The translations under genes and the position numbers were made by a program. Below are positions 1 to 10,603 of a stretch of DNA of 64,000 nt, in pieces (positions within the stretch are counted from its first letter, which is position 1; every line of letters begins with the position of its first letter). Source of the stretch: Clostridiales bacterium (GTDB lineage Bacteria > Bacillota > Clostridia > Lachnospirales > Lachnospiraceae); assembly GCA_021203365.1 (NCBI GenBank), contig JAJQBI010000049.1, forward strand, positions 63,383 through 127,382, in the 5' to 3' direction. The notes beneath the pieces were generated by a model, which was given only the letters and a program-made list of their open reading frames with translations, ran no database searches and had not been told where the DNA came from.

Positions 1-2
1 GG

Positions 3-980
3 GTGGCTACAGATACGATGGACGAGATTGAGATTGAGAAATCCAATATGCTCATGATCGGCCCCACCGGCTGCGGGAAGACCTACCTGGTGAAAACTCT
101 GGCGAAACTTCTGGATGTGCCGCTGGCCATCGCAGACGCTACGTCCCTCACCGAGGCGGGTTATATCGGCGACGACATTGAGAGCGTTGTATCCAAGCTT
201 CTGGCCGCGGCGGACAATGATGTGGAGAAGGCGGAGCATGGGATTATTTTTATTGATGAGATTGACAAGATCGCCAAGAAGAGAAACACAAACCAGAGAG
301 ATGTGAGCGGAGAGGCGGTTCAGCAGGGGATGCTCAAGCTTCTGGAGGGAAGCGAGGTGGAGGTGCCGGTAGGAGCCAACAGCAAGAACGCCATGGTGCC
401 CATGACGACGGTGAATACCAGGAATATTCTTTTTATCTGCGGAGGCGCCTTCCCGGATCTGGAGAATATTATCAGGGAACGTCTGAATAAGCAGGCGTCC
501 ATTGGTTTCTACGCAGACCTGAAGGATAAATATGACCGGGATCCCCATTTGCTTGAGAAGGTTACGGTGGAGGATCTGCGGAATTTTGGAATGATTCCGG
601 AATTTATTGGCCGTCTGCCGATTATATTTACCATGCAGGGGCTTACCAGAGACATGCTGGTTCAGATCCTGAAGGAGCCGAGGAATGCGATCCTGAAGCA
701 GTACCAGAAGCTTCTGGCCCTGGATGAGGTGAAACTGGAGTTTGAGGATGAGGCGCTGTATGCCATCGCGGATAAGGCGCTGGAGAAGGACACAGGCGCC
801 AGGGCTCTGCGGGCGGTGCTGGAGGAATTTATGCTGGATATCATGTATGAGATCCCCAAGGACGACAGTATCGGTGAGGTTATTATTACCAGAGATTATA
901 TAACCGGAAACGGGGTTCCCAGGATTTTGCTGCGGGGACAGGAGACACCTCTTCTGGAGAGTGCCGGAACAGGTGTGTAA
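3..980 (+). CDS. clpX: ATP-dependent Clp protease ATP-binding subunit ClpX (5' part outside window)
   Basis: Walker A GPTGCGKT, LTEAGYIGDD, FIDEIDKI, RDVSGEAVQQ, IPEFIGRLP, TGARALR. Confidence 0.96.
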   Translation: MATDTMDEIEIEKSNMLMIGPTGCGKTYLVKTLAKLLDVPLAIADATSLTEAGYIGDDIESVVSKLLAAADNDVEKAEHGIIFIDEIDKIAKKRNTNQRDVSGEAVQQGMLKLLEGSEVEVPVGANSKNAMVPMTTVNTRNILFICGGAFPDLENIIRERLNKQASIGFYADLKDKYDRDPHLLEKVTVEDLRNFGMIPEFIGRLPIIFTMQGLTRDMLVQILKEPRNAILKQYQKLLALDEVKLEFEDEALYAIADKALEKDTGARALRAVLEEFMLDIMYEIPKDDSIGEVIITRDYITGNGVPRILLRGQETPLLESAGTGV

Positions 981-1020
981 CACAGAACAGGTGGTAGTTG
1001 GAGAAAGAGAGGAAATATTT

Positions 1021-1593
1021 ATGGCCAATGAATTTTTTGACGGGCTGGGGGAAACAATTACAAAAACAGCAAAGGAGCTGGGAGAGCGGGCGGAGAAGAT
1101 GTATGAGTCCCAGAGGATCCGCAACCGGCTCACCAATGAGCAGAAGATTGTGGAGAGATTGAAATATAATGTGGGAAATACGGTTTATGCCCGCTACTCC
1201 AGCGGAGAAGATGTGGACGGGGAGCTTGCAGCGCTCTGTGAGGAGATTGCCCAGCACACGAAGAAGGTTGCCCATTATAAGGATGTGATTGCCGCCCGCA
1301 AGGGAGAGAAGTACTGCCCGTCCTGCCATAAGGCTGTGATGAGGGAGGCTGTATTCTGCCCATACTGTGGGGCTGCGTGTCCTTCTCCTGAACCGGAGGA
1401 GCCGTCCGGCGCCCAGGAGACGTCTGAAAGCGGAGAACCGGAGGAAACCACGGCGGAAACCGGGGAGGAATCACCGGAAGAGACGGAGGCCTGCGAAGAT
1501 GAGAACCAGGGTCAGGCCGCGGAAGGCGAATGCGACGGGGCAGAATCCTGCGGGGAGGAAGCAAAGTCCGGGGAAGCCTCTGAGGAGGAATGA
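1021..1593 (+). CDS. Zinc-ribbon domain protein with N-terminal coiled coil and acidic C-terminal tail
   Basis: GAGGA RBS before ATG at 1021; CPSC...FCPYCG double CxxC; Glu-rich tail. Confidence 0.75.
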   Translation: MANEFFDGLGETITKTAKELGERAEKMYESQRIRNRLTNEQKIVERLKYNVGNTVYARYSSGEDVDGELAALCEEIAQHTKKVAHYKDVIAARKGEKYCPSCHKAVMREAVFCPYCGAACPSPEPEEPSGAQETSESGEPEETTAETGEESPEETEACEDENQGQAAEGECDGAESCGEEAKSGEASEEE

Positions 1594-1657
1594 TCCCCAT
1601 ACGCGGGAAATGGCCGGAAAACAGATCTGAAGGCGGCAGCGCCGGAAATGAGGGAAA

Positions 1658-2128
1658 ATGTTTTATATTTTGTTGGCGGCGGGGATTTTTGCCCTGGATT
1701 ACGCGGTGAAGGAGCATGTGAATACCACCAGGCTTCAGGGTACGAAGGAGGAGAAGGCCGGAGGCCTCCTGATTCTTCGCAACTGCCATAATAAAGGACT
1801 GGCCTTCGGTCTGCTGAAGGACGCAGAAGGGGACATTCCCCGGGAATGTTCAGGCCTGGCTCTGGGCGGCGCGATATGGGCTTTTCTGTGCGCACTTTTT
1901 AAGAGAGGCTCAAAAGTGGTCCGGCTTGGTCTGTCCATGGTTGTGGGCGGCGGACTGAACAATTATGTGGAACGGAGGAACAAAGGTGAGGTTACGGATT
2001 ATGTGAGCCTCGGCCGTGGAGGCCGAAGGCTGAAGAGCCTTGTTTTTAACCTGTCTGACCTGTTTGTTTTTGCGGGTGGGATTCTCTGGATCCTTGGGAG
2101 TCTTTTCCCCGGAAAAAAGAAAAAATAA
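1658..2128 (+). CDS. lspA: Lipoprotein signal peptidase II
   Basis: NKGLAFG, GGLNN, GEVTDY and VFNLSD motifs; hydrophobic segments. Confidence 0.85.
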   Translation: MFYILLAAGIFALDYAVKEHVNTTRLQGTKEEKAGGLLILRNCHNKGLAFGLLKDAEGDIPRECSGLALGGAIWAFLCALFKRGSKVVRLGLSMVVGGGLNNYVERRNKGEVTDYVSLGRGGRRLKSLVFNLSDLFVFAGGILWILGSLFPGKKKK

Positions 2129-2166
2129 ATTTTTCAGTTTTTTTGAAAAATTTCTCAAATTAAGTA

Positions 2167-2198
2167 TTGACTTTTTCTTTGGGTTGAGGTATTATAAT
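2167..2198 (+). promoter_or_regulatory. SigA-type promoter of tRNA-Leu
   Basis: TTGACT(2167)-17 bp-TATTAT(2190), overlapping TATAAT at 2193. Confidence 0.65.
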
Positions 2199-2232
2199 CA
2201 AGCAGTTGCGAGAGCGGCTGGAACATAGGAAT

Positions 2233-2317
2233 GCAGGAGTGGCGGAATTGGCAGACGCGCAGGCTTCAGGTGCCTGTGGTCGTTAAGATCGTGTGGGTTC
2301 AAGTCCCATCTCCTGCA
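2233..2317 (+). tRNA. tRNA-Leu(CAG), CCA not encoded
   Basis: Acceptor stem GCAGGAG/CTCCTGC, D-arm GGCGGAATTGGCAGACGC, anticodon arm CAGGC-TTCAGGT-GCCTG, long variable arm, T-loop GTTCAAGTC. Confidence 0.95.
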
Positions 2318-2435
2318 TTTTTCTTTTTCTGAAAAACTCTTCAAAACACGCATGGCCTCAGGCGCGGCTGTGTTTCAGATCTGCAGGGTAAACCCAGCTT
2401 TCAGGGTGTTTACTCTTTTTTTCATGTTCAGACAG

Positions 2436-2464
2436 TTGAAAAACAGGAATTCTTGTGATACAAT
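2436..2464 (+). promoter_or_regulatory. SigA-type promoter of carAB
   Basis: TTGAAA-17 bp-TACAAT with TG extension. Confidence 0.6.
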
Positions 2465-2507
2465 CTTGGAGATTTAATGTAAAATGAGGAAAAGAAAGGG
2501 AGATTGT

Positions 2508-3584
2508 ATGAAAGCATTTCTGATATTAGAAGACGGTCATGTATTTACGGGAACCAGTATCGGATCCGCGCGGGAAGTCATCAGTGAGATCGTATTTAAC
2601 ACATCCATGACCGGCTACCTGGAAGTAATGACAGATCCTTCCTATGCGGGCCAGGCGGTGTGTATGACCTATCCCCTGATCGGGAATTACGGGATCTGTT
2701 ACGACGATCAGGAATCCAGAAAGCCCTGGATTGACGGTTTTATTGTACGTGAGCTGTCCCGCGTTCCAAGCAATTTCCGCAGCGTAGATACCATTCAGCA
2801 TTTCCTGTCCAGATATGATATACCCGGAATCGCCGGGATCGACACAAGAGCCCTCACGAAAATTCTCCGTGAAAAGGGTACCATGAACGGCATGATTACC
2901 GTCAATGAGAATTATGATCTTGATACAATCCTTCCTGAATTAAAAGCATATACCGTCCGCGGGGTGGTGGAGAAGGTCACCTGCCGGGAGAGAGAAATTC
3001 TGAAGGGCGACGGTCCAAGAGTCGCTCTTCTTGACCTGGGCGCAAAAAGGAACATTGCCCGTTCCCTGAATCAGCGAGGCTGTCAGGTGACGGTTTATCC
3101 GGCCTGGACCCCTGCGGAAGAGATCCTGCGGGAAAAGCCGGACGGCATCATGCTGAGCAACGGTCCCGGGGATCCCAGCGACTGTGGTTCTGTGATCCGG
3201 GAGATTCGCAGGCTCTATGAGTCAGACGTCCCGATTTTTGCCATCTGTCTTGGGCATCAGCTGATGGCGCTGGCGGCCGGGGGAGAAACCTACAAGATGA
3301 AATATGGCCATCGGGGAGGCAACCATCCGGTGAAGGACCTCTCTACCGGCAGGGTTTATATATCCTCCCAGAATCACGGTTATGTGGTGGACGCCAGGAT
3401 TCTGGAGGAGAAGAATATCGCTCATCCTGCCTTTGTCAATGTCAACGACGGGACCAACGAGGGAATGTCCTATGTGGGGAAAAATATTTTTACGGTACAG
3501 TTTCATCCGGAGGCCTGTCCGGGGCCAGAGGATTCCGCGTTTCTTTTTGACAGATTTTTACATATGATGGGAGGAGACAGATAA
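2508..3584 (+). CDS. carA: Carbamoyl-phosphate synthase small subunit
   Basis: VFNTSMTGY, SNGPGDP, ICLGHQ, SQNHGY, QFHPEA; stop overlaps carB start (TAATG). Confidence 0.97.
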   Translation: MKAFLILEDGHVFTGTSIGSAREVISEIVFNTSMTGYLEVMTDPSYAGQAVCMTYPLIGNYGICYDDQESRKPWIDGFIVRELSRVPSNFRSVDTIQHFLSRYDIPGIAGIDTRALTKILREKGTMNGMITVNENYDLDTILPELKAYTVRGVVEKVTCREREILKGDGPRVALLDLGAKRNIARSLNQRGCQVTVYPAWTPAEEILREKPDGIMLSNGPGDPSDCGSVIREIRRLYESDVPIFAICLGHQLMALAAGGETYKMKYGHRGGNHPVKDLSTGRVYISSQNHGYVVDARILEEKNIAHPAFVNVNDGTNEGMSYVGKNIFTVQFHPEACPGPEDSAFLFDRFLHMMGGDR

Positions 3585-6500
3585 TGCCAAGAAACAAAGA
3601 CATCCGAAAAGTACTTGTGATCGGCTCCGGACCGATTGTCATCGGTCAGGCGGCGGAATTTGACTATGCGGGCACCCAGGCATGCCGGTCTCTGAAGGAG
3701 GAGGGAATCGAGGTCGTTCTTCTGAATTCAAACCCGGCCACCATTATGACGGATAAGGACATCGCAGATCACGTTTATATTGAGCCCCTTACGGTTGAAG
3801 TGGTGGAGCAGCTGATTCTGAAGGAAAAACCGGACAGCGTTCTTCCAACCCTGGGAGGCCAGGCCGGTCTGAACCTTGCCATGGAGCTGGAGGAAAAGGG
3901 ATTTCTGAAAGAGCATAATGTCCGTCTGATCGGAACCACCGCCGAGACCATCCGGAAGGCGGAGGACCGCCAGGAATTTAAGGATACCATGGAAAAAATC
4001 GGAGAGCCGGTGGCACCTTCGAAGGTGGTTATCTCTGTGGAGGAGGGGCTTGCCTTTACCAGCACCATCGGTTACCCTGTGGTGCTTCGCCCTGCCTATA
4101 CTCTGGGAGGCAGCGGCGGCGGAATCGCCAGTAATGAGTATGAGCTGAGAGAAATTCTGGAAAACGGTCTCCGTCTCTCCCGGGTGGGGGAGGTGCTGGT
4201 AGAGCGCTGTATTGCCGGCTGGAAGGAGATCGAGTATGAGGTTATGCGGGACAGCGCGGGAAACTGTATTACCGTCTGCAATATGGAGAATATTGATCCT
4301 GTGGGCGTGCACACCGGGGATTCCATTGTAGTGGCCCCTTCTCAGACCCTGGGAGATAAGGAATACCAGATGCTGCGGACCTCGGCTCTGAATATTATTA
4401 CCGAGCTGGGTATCGCCGGGGGCTGCAACGTACAGTACGCCCTGCATCCGGAGAGCTTTGAGTACTGTGTCATTGAGGTAAATCCCCGTGTCAGCCGTTC
4501 CTCCGCCCTGGCCAGCAAGGCCACCGGCTATCCCATTGCCAAGGTTTCGGCCAAGATCGCCCTGGGTTATACGCTGGATGAGATTCCCAACGCCATCACG
4601 GGAAAAACCTACGCGAGTTTTGAACCCATGCTGGATTACTGTGTGGTGAAAATTCCACGTCTTCCCTTTGACAAATTCATTACCGCCAAGCGTACCCTTA
4701 CCACGCAGATGAAGGCTACGGGAGAGGTGATGAGCATCTGCAGCAGTTTTGAGGGTGCGCTGATGAAGGCCATCCGCTCTTTGGAGCAGCATGTGGACAG
4801 TCTTATGTCCTATGATTTTTCCCATCTGGACAACGAGGAGCTGCTGGAGGAGCTGCGCGTTGTGGACGACCGCCGGATCTGGAAGATCGCGGAGGCCATC
4901 CGCAGGAAGATTTCTCAGTATACCCTTCATGAGATGACCAAAATCGACCTGTGGTTTATCGATAAAATTGCGGTGCTTGTGGAAATGGAAGAGGCTCTGA
5001 AAACCCGGGAGCTGGACCGGGAACTTCTTCTGGAGGCCAAGCGTCTGGAATTTCCGGACAGCGTCATTGCCCGCCTTGCGGGGAAAACGGAGGCGGAGAT
5101 CAAAGGACTGCGCGGAGAATTCGGCATTACGGCTGCCTATAAGATGGTGGATACCTGCGCGGCGGAGTTTGCCGCACAGACTCCCTATTATTACTCTGTT
5201 TACGGGGACGGGGAAACCGAAAACGAGGCCATCGCCGACACCGGCCGGAAAAAAATACTGGTGCTGGGTTCCGGCCCCATCCGCATCGGACAGGGAATCG
5301 AGTTTGATTTCTGCTCGGTGCACTGTACCTGGGCCTTCGCAAAGGAAGGCTATGAGACTATTATCGTCAACAACAACCCGGAGACGGTCAGCACAGATTT
5401 TGATATTGCGGATAAGCTGTATTTTGAGCCGCTGACCCCTGAGGATGTGGAAAATATTGTCAACATTGAGAAGCCGGACGGGGCGGTTGTGCAGTTCGGC
5501 GGGCAGACCGCCATCAAGCTTACCCAGGACCTGCTGAAAATGGGGGTGAAGATTCTGGGAACCTCCGCAAAGGACGTGGATGCTGCGGAAGACCGGGAGC
5601 TTTTTGACGAGGTCCTGGAGCAGTGCGGGATTCCCCGTCCCAAGGGACATACGGTGTATACTGCCCAGGAGGCGAAGGAGGCGGCCGGAGAGCTTGGCTA
5701 CCCGGTTCTGGTCCGTCCTTCCTATGTTCTGGGAGGACAGGGGATGCGCATCGCGGTCAGCGATGAGGATGTGGACGAATACATTGGCCTTATCAACCAG
5801 ATCGCCCAGGAGCATCCGATCCTTGTGGACAAATACCTGATGGGCAAGGAAATCGAGGTGGACGCGGTGTGCGACGGAGAGGATATCCTGATCCCCGGAA
5901 TCATGGAGCACATTGAGCGGGCCGGAATTCATTCCGGGGACAGTATCTCGGTCTATCCCGCCCAGACCATCAGCGCCAGAACCAAGGCCACCATCGCAGA
6001 ATACACCCGCCTTCTGGCCAGGGCCCTTCATGTGGTGGGCATGATTAACATTCAGTTTATCGTACACAATGAGGAGGTTTACGTCATCGAGGTAAATCCC
6101 CGCTCCAGCCGTACCGTTCCCTATATCAGCAAGGTAACCGGCATTCCCATTGTCCCCCTGGCCACAAAGGTGATCCTGGGGTATAGGCTGAGAGACCTTG
6201 GCTACACGCCTGGACTTCAGCCTGAAGCGAAGCATTTTGCCATTAAAATGCCCGTGTTTTCCTTCGAAAAGATCCGGGACGCGGACATCAGTCTGGGGCC
6301 GGAGATGAAGTCCACCGGCGAGTGCCTGGGCATCGCGGAAACCTTCAACGAAGCGCTGTATAAGGCCTTCCTGGGCGCGGGAATCCGCCTTCCAAAGTAT
6401 AAGCAGATGATCATTACCGTAAAGGATGAGGATAAAGAGGATATCATTCCCATTGCCAGACGCTTCCAGGCGCTGGGCTACCGGATTTTCGCCACCCGCA

Positions 6501-6799
6501 GCACGGCCAGAGTGCTGAAGGAGAACGGGATCCGGGCCATCCGGACCAACAAGCTGGAGCAGCCGGCCCCCAATCTGATGGACCTGATTCTGGGTCACAA
6601 AATTGACGTGGTGATTGACACGCCGCCCCAGGGGATTGAGCATCAGAAGGATGGTTTTCTGATCCGCAGAAGCGCCATTGAGACCGGTGTGAATGTTCTG
6701 ACCAGCCTGGATACGGCGGAGGCACTGGTAACCAGTCTGGAAAACACGGATCTTCATAACCTTACACTGATCGACATTGCCGATATTGACAATCGCTGA
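3584..6799 (+). CDS. carB: Carbamoyl-phosphate synthase large subunit
   Basis: GSGPIVIGQAAEFDY, two ATP-grasp halves (IEVNPRVSRS / IEVNPRSSRT), 1071 aa. Confidence 0.98.
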   Translation: MPRNKDIRKVLVIGSGPIVIGQAAEFDYAGTQACRSLKEEGIEVVLLNSNPATIMTDKDIADHVYIEPLTVEVVEQLILKEKPDSVLPTLGGQAGLNLAMELEEKGFLKEHNVRLIGTTAETIRKAEDRQEFKDTMEKIGEPVAPSKVVISVEEGLAFTSTIGYPVVLRPAYTLGGSGGGIASNEYELREILENGLRLSRVGEVLVERCIAGWKEIEYEVMRDSAGNCITVCNMENIDPVGVHTGDSIVVAPSQTLGDKEYQMLRTSALNIITELGIAGGCNVQYALHPESFEYCVIEVNPRVSRSSALASKATGYPIAKVSAKIALGYTLDEIPNAITGKTYASFEPMLDYCVVKIPRLPFDKFITAKRTLTTQMKATGEVMSICSSFEGALMKAIRSLEQHVDSLMSYDFSHLDNEELLEELRVVDDRRIWKIAEAIRRKISQYTLHEMTKIDLWFIDKIAVLVEMEEALKTRELDRELLLEAKRLEFPDSVIARLAGKTEAEIKGLRGEFGITAAYKMVDTCAAEFAAQTPYYYSVYGDGETENEAIADTGRKKILVLGSGPIRIGQGIEFDFCSVHCTWAFAKEGYETIIVNNNPETVSTDFDIADKLYFEPLTPEDVENIVNIEKPDGAVVQFGGQTAIKLTQDLLKMGVKILGTSAKDVDAAEDRELFDEVLEQCGIPRPKGHTVYTAQEAKEAAGELGYPVLVRPSYVLGGQGMRIAVSDEDVDEYIGLINQIAQEHPILVDKYLMGKEIEVDAVCDGEDILIPGIMEHIERAGIHSGDSISVYPAQTISARTKATIAEYTRLLARALHVVGMINIQFIVHNEEVYVIEVNPRSSRTVPYISKVTGIPIVPLATKVILGYRLRDLGYTPGLQPEAKHFAIKMPVFSFEKIRDADISLGPEMKSTGECLGIAETFNEALYKAFLGAGIRLPKYKQMIITVKDEDKEDIIPIARRFQALGYRIFATRSTARVLKENGIRAIRTNKLEQPAPNLMDLILGHKIDVVIDTPPQGIEHQKDGFLIRRSAIETGVNVLTSLDTAEALVTSLENTDLHNLTLIDIADIDNR

Positions 6800-6854
6800 G
6801 GGCTCCGCAAAGGAAAGGAGCCATCCGTCTTCATATTGAGTTAAGGGAGAGAAT

Positions 6855-7760
6855 ATGAGCATTGTAGAATTGTTAAAGGTAATACTTCTGGGAATCGTGG
6901 AGGGAATCACGGAATGGCTTCCCATCAGCAGCACAGGCCATATGATTCTGGTGGATGAGTTTATTTCGCTGAATGTGTCGGAGGAATTTCTGAATCTGTT
7001 TCTGGTGGTTATTCAGCTGGGCGCCATTCTGGCGGTTGTGGTTCTTTACTGGAATAAGCTCTGGCCCTTCCATATCCGCAGCATTTCCAGGAAAAAGCGC
7101 GCCGCGCTGAACCGTCAGCCGCTGATTCCACGGCTTCTGATGACTTTCGTGGAGAAATACTGCGACAGGGAAAAATGGATTCTGTGGTTTAAGATCCTGG
7201 TGGCCTGCATTCCGGCTATGGTCATCGGACTTCCGTTTAATGATTATATTGAGGAACATTTTAACAACTATGTGGTGGTGGCCATCGCGCTGATCGTATA
7301 TGGTGTGGCCTTTATTGTCATCGAACGGTACAACCGGGGAAGAAAGCCCACATGCAGGAGCATAAAGCAGCTCAGCTTTAAGACGGCTCTGATCATAGGA
7401 CTTTTTCAGGTGCTCTCCCTGATTCCGGGAACCTCACGGTCCGGTTCCACCATCATCGGAGGAATTCTTGCGGGAACCTCTCGCACCGTGGCTGCGGAAT
7501 TTACCTTTTTCCTGGCCATACCGGTAATGTTCGGGGCCAGCCTTCTGAAGGTGGTGAAATACAGCCTGGGCTTTACGGCGGCGGAAGTGGTCTACCTGGT
7601 CGTGGGGATGCTGGTGGCTTTTCTGGTGTCCATACTGGCGATTAAGTTCCTGATGAGCTATATTAAACGGAATGATTTTACAGCCTTCGGCTGGTATCGG
7701 ATCATTCTGGGTGTTCTCGTCCTCGGATATTTTGCCGTAAGAAATCTGGCGGGCGTGTAA
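6855..7760 (+). CDS. uppP: Undecaprenyl-diphosphate phosphatase
   Basis: [35 protein letters not shown]. Confidence 0.96.
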   Translation: MSIVELLKVILLGIVEGITEWLPISSTGHMILVDEFISLNVSEEFLNLFLVVIQLGAILAVVVLYWNKLWPFHIRSISRKKRAALNRQPLIPRLLMTFVEKYCDREKWILWFKILVACIPAMVIGLPFNDYIEEHFNNYVVVAIALIVYGVAFIVIERYNRGRKPTCRSIKQLSFKTALIIGLFQVLSLIPGTSRSGSTIIGGILAGTSRTVAAEFTFFLAIPVMFGASLLKVVKYSLGFTAAEVVYLVVGMLVAFLVSILAIKFLMSYIKRNDFTAFGWYRIILGVLVLGYFAVRNLAGV

Positions 7761-7827
7761 AAAGTAAGGATCGCAGAGGCGAGGCCAGGCTCCGCCGTCT
7801 GCGTTATGAAAAAAAGGAGGTACATCT

Positions 7828-9321
7828 ATGGGAAAATATGTTATGGCACTGGATCAGGGTACGACCAGCTCCCGCTGTATACTGTTTGATCATGCCGGAA
7901 ATATGTGCGGAACCGCACAGAAGGAATTCACACAATACTTCCCAAAGCCCGGCTGGGTGGAGCATGATCCTCATGAGATCTGGTCTACGCAGCTTACAGT
8001 GGCCAGGGAGGCGATGAAAAGTGTGGGCGCGTCTGCGGAGGATATTTCCGCCATCGGTATCACCAACCAGAGAGAGACGGCCATTGTCTGGGATAAAAAG
8101 ACGGGAAACCCGGTCTACCCGGCGATTGTCTGGCAGTGCCGCCGCACCGCGGATATGATCGAGGCCCTGGAAAAAGAGGGCTTTGACTCTGTCATCCGGA
8201 AAAAAACGGGACTGATCCCGGATGCGTATTTTTCCGGAACAAAAATCAGGTGGATCCTGGACTATGTGGAAGGAGCCCGGGAAGCGGCCCGTGGGGGTGA
8301 GCTGCTTTTCGGAACGGTGGAAACCTGGCTGATCTGGAAACTTACCGGCGGAAGGGTTCATGTGACAGATTACACCAACGCTTCCAGAACCATGCTTTTT
8401 GACATACATAAAATGGACTGGGATGAGGAAATACTGGAAAAACTGGATATTCCCCGGTGCATGCTGCCGGAAGTGAAGCCCAGCAGCTGTGTCTACGGAT
8501 ATGCAGACCGGGAATTCTTCGGAGGGGAAATCCCCATCGCCGGCGCGGCGGGGGATCAGCAGTCGGCTTTGTTTGGTCAGTGCTGTTTTAATCCCGGAGA
8601 TGTGAAAAACACCTATGGAACCGGTGGATTTCTGCTGATGCACACAGGCAGTGAGGCGGTGGAGTCCAGGCACGGTCTTCTCACCACCCTGGCGGTAAAT
8701 CCGGACGGAACCCCCGGTTATGCCCTGGAGGGAAGCGTTTTTATGGCAGGTGCCTCTATCCAGTGGCTGCGGGATGAGATGAAGTTTCTGAAATCCGCCG
8801 GTGAGTCAGAGGAATACTGTCTTTCCGTCCCGGATACCAACGGCGTCTATGTGGTTCCCGCCTTTACCGGGCTGGGAGCGCCCTACTGGGACCCTTATGC
8901 AAGAGGGGCTGTGGTGGGACTTACCAGGGGCGCAGGCAGGGCCCATGTGATCCGGGCAACTGTGGAATCTCTGGCCTATCAGGGCATGGATGTGATCCGG
9001 GCCATGGAAAAGGATGCCGGTGTGAAGCTCCACTCTCTTAAGGTAGACGGCGGAGCCAGTGCCAACAATTTTCTGATGCAGTTCCAGGCGGATGTACTGG
9101 ACGCGGAGGTAATCCGACCGGCCTGTGTGGAGACCACGGCCATGGGAGCGGCTTATCTGGCGGGAATTGCTGTGGGCTTCTGGAAGGATTCCGGGGAAGT
9201 GGCAAAGAACTGGAAACCGGATCGGACTTTCCGGCCTTCTATTTCAGGGGAAAAACGTGCGGAGCTGCTGCATGGCTGGGAAAAGGCCGTGAAATGTACC
9301 TTCGGATGGGCAAAGGACTGA
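7828..9321 (+). CDS. glpK: Glycerol kinase
   Basis: [41 protein letters not shown]. Confidence 0.96.
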   Translation: MGKYVMALDQGTTSSRCILFDHAGNMCGTAQKEFTQYFPKPGWVEHDPHEIWSTQLTVAREAMKSVGASAEDISAIGITNQRETAIVWDKKTGNPVYPAIVWQCRRTADMIEALEKEGFDSVIRKKTGLIPDAYFSGTKIRWILDYVEGAREAARGGELLFGTVETWLIWKLTGGRVHVTDYTNASRTMLFDIHKMDWDEEILEKLDIPRCMLPEVKPSSCVYGYADREFFGGEIPIAGAAGDQQSALFGQCCFNPGDVKNTYGTGGFLLMHTGSEAVESRHGLLTTLAVNPDGTPGYALEGSVFMAGASIQWLRDEMKFLKSAGESEEYCLSVPDTNGVYVVPAFTGLGAPYWDPYARGAVVGLTRGAGRAHVIRATVESLAYQGMDVIRAMEKDAGVKLHSLKVDGGASANNFLMQFQADVLDAEVIRPACVETTAMGAAYLAGIAVGFWKDSGEVAKNWKPDRTFRPSISGEKRAELLHGWEKAVKCTFGWAKD

Positions 9322-9328
9322 TGAGCTT

Positions 9329-10102
9329 ATGAGGAACAGAATTATAACTGCAATGGCGCTGACGGTGATCCTGACTGCCTCGGGATGCGACAGTCTGCTG
9401 CGGGAGGAGCAGGAGACTACGGTTACGGAGACTCCGGCGCCTACTGCGACGGCTGCGCCTACGGCCACCCCGACCCCGGCGCCCACTCCCACCGCCGCGC
9501 CTCGCATTCTGGGGCAGAAAACCGATGCGTCGGCGTCCGTTTATCTGACAAACAGCACGGGAAATACGCTGCGGAGTGTTTATGTAAAAGCTTCCTCCAC
9601 AGAGGACTGGGGAAGGAATCTGGTCCCGTCGGAGGCCAGTGTCAGAGCCTCTGAGCGGGTACAGATGTATTATACACCGGATGAAAGTGCGTCTTCCTAT
9701 GATCTGCAGCTGACCACGGAGGACGGAGCCGTTTACACAATCTATTCGGTGAGCCTTGGGGATATGGAAAAATGTACGCTGCAGCTGGATACGGATGGGG
9801 ACGTGTATCTTACCTATACCAGCCTCAGTACCGGAACAGAGTCCACCACCTACGGCAGTACATCCGGAGGCTCGGATGATTATGACGATTCCGATGATTA
9901 TGATGACTATGATTATGACGATTATGATTCCGACGACTATGATTATGACGATTATGATTATGACGACTATGATTATGACAGTTATGATTATGACAGTTAC
10001 GATTATGACAGTTACGATTATGACAGCTATGATTATGATACATATGACTCCTATGATTACAGCAATGATCCCTATGGGGGAGGCGACTGGGAATACTATT
10101 GA
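9329..10102 (+). CDS. Lipoprotein with Pro/Thr/Ala linker and Asp/Tyr-repeat C-terminal tail
   Basis: Signal peptide with lipobox LTASGC; TPAPTAT linker; YDD/YDS repeats. Confidence 0.75.
   Translation: MRNRIITAMALTVILTASGCDSLLREEQETTVTETPAPTATAAPTATPTPAPTPTAAPRILGQKTDASASVYLTNSTGNTLRSVYVKASSTEDWGRNLVPSEASVRASERVQMYYTPDESASSYDLQLTTEDGAVYTIYSVSLGDMEKCTLQLDTDGDVYLTYTSLSTGTESTTYGSTSGGSDDYDDSDDYDDYDYDDYDSDDYDYDDYDYDDYDYDSYDYDSYDYDSYDYDSYDYDTYDSYDYSNDPYGGGDWEYY
9875..10060 (+). repeat. Coding tandem repeat, ~15-bp unit TATGATTATGAC(GAC/AGT) encoding YDYDD/YDYDS
   Basis: Directly visible imperfect tandem array. Confidence 0.9.
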
Positions 10103-10155
10103 TTTCCGATAATCGGATCAAACCCATTTTCTCAAAAATCAATATCAAAAAGGTT

Positions 10156-10194
10156 TCTGGATAGCCAAAGATGAAAGGCTATCCAGAATTTTTT
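10156..10194 (+). terminator. Intrinsic terminator after the lipoprotein gene
   Basis: TCTGGATAGCC-loop-GGCTATCCAGA followed by a T run. Confidence 0.75.
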
Positions 10195-10227
10195 GTTAAG
10201 GCCTGCCGAATTTAATTTGCCGCTAAA

Positions 10228-10518
10228 ATGTCAGGAAAGATCTATCTATTCTTTGACGAGATACAGGAAGTCCGGGACTGGGAGAAATGTATCAACTCTT
10301 TCCGGGTAGAGTTAGACTGCGATATTTATATCACTGGCTCCAACGCAAAGCTGTTCTCTGGCGAACTTGCCACCTATCTCGCCGGACGTTATGTAGAGTT
10401 CGTGATCTATCCGTTTTCTTTTTCGGAGTTCATCGAGTTGTATCATAGTGTTTACAGTGTTTTTAATTTATATTTTAAACAGAATTGTGCATATGAGGAT
10501 TGTTTTAGAGGAAAATAA
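10228..10518 (+). pseudogene. Internal fragment of an AAA_14/DUF4143-type ATP-binding protein
   Basis: YLFFDEIQEV (Walker B), ITGSNA, LAGRY, YPFSFSEF present; no Walker A and no C-terminal domain. Confidence 0.8.
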
Positions 10519-10530
10519 ACTGTAAATAGC

Positions 10531-10589
10531 TGGACAAATTTCACTTTATCTGATATACTGAATCTGAATTCAGTGAATGAGTTTTCAGT
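10531..10589 (+). promoter_or_regulatory. Promoter and overlapping palindromic operator of the ATPase gene
   Basis: TGGACA-17 bp-TATACT; ACTGAAT-N4-ATTCAGT palindrome overlaps the -10; extra TTCAGT 15 bp downstream. Confidence 0.55.
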
Positions 10590-10603
10590 AAGTGAGGTGT
10601 CCT

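Noticed and set aside
2233-2480. tRNA-Leu as an integration site
   Set aside because: No integrase and no duplicated tRNA 3' end seen; core carA follows directly.
3728-6934. 1068-aa antisense ORF over carB, and similar long antisense ORFs over pgm, GH13, mglB and the GTPase
   Set aside because: Shadow frames produced by codon bias of the real genes; no recognisable motifs.
9875-10060. Tandem repeat as a CRISPR array, or the alternative His/Asn-rich and Met/Thr-rich ORFs
   Set aside because: No spacers; the repeat is in frame within the lipoprotein and the other frames are by-products.
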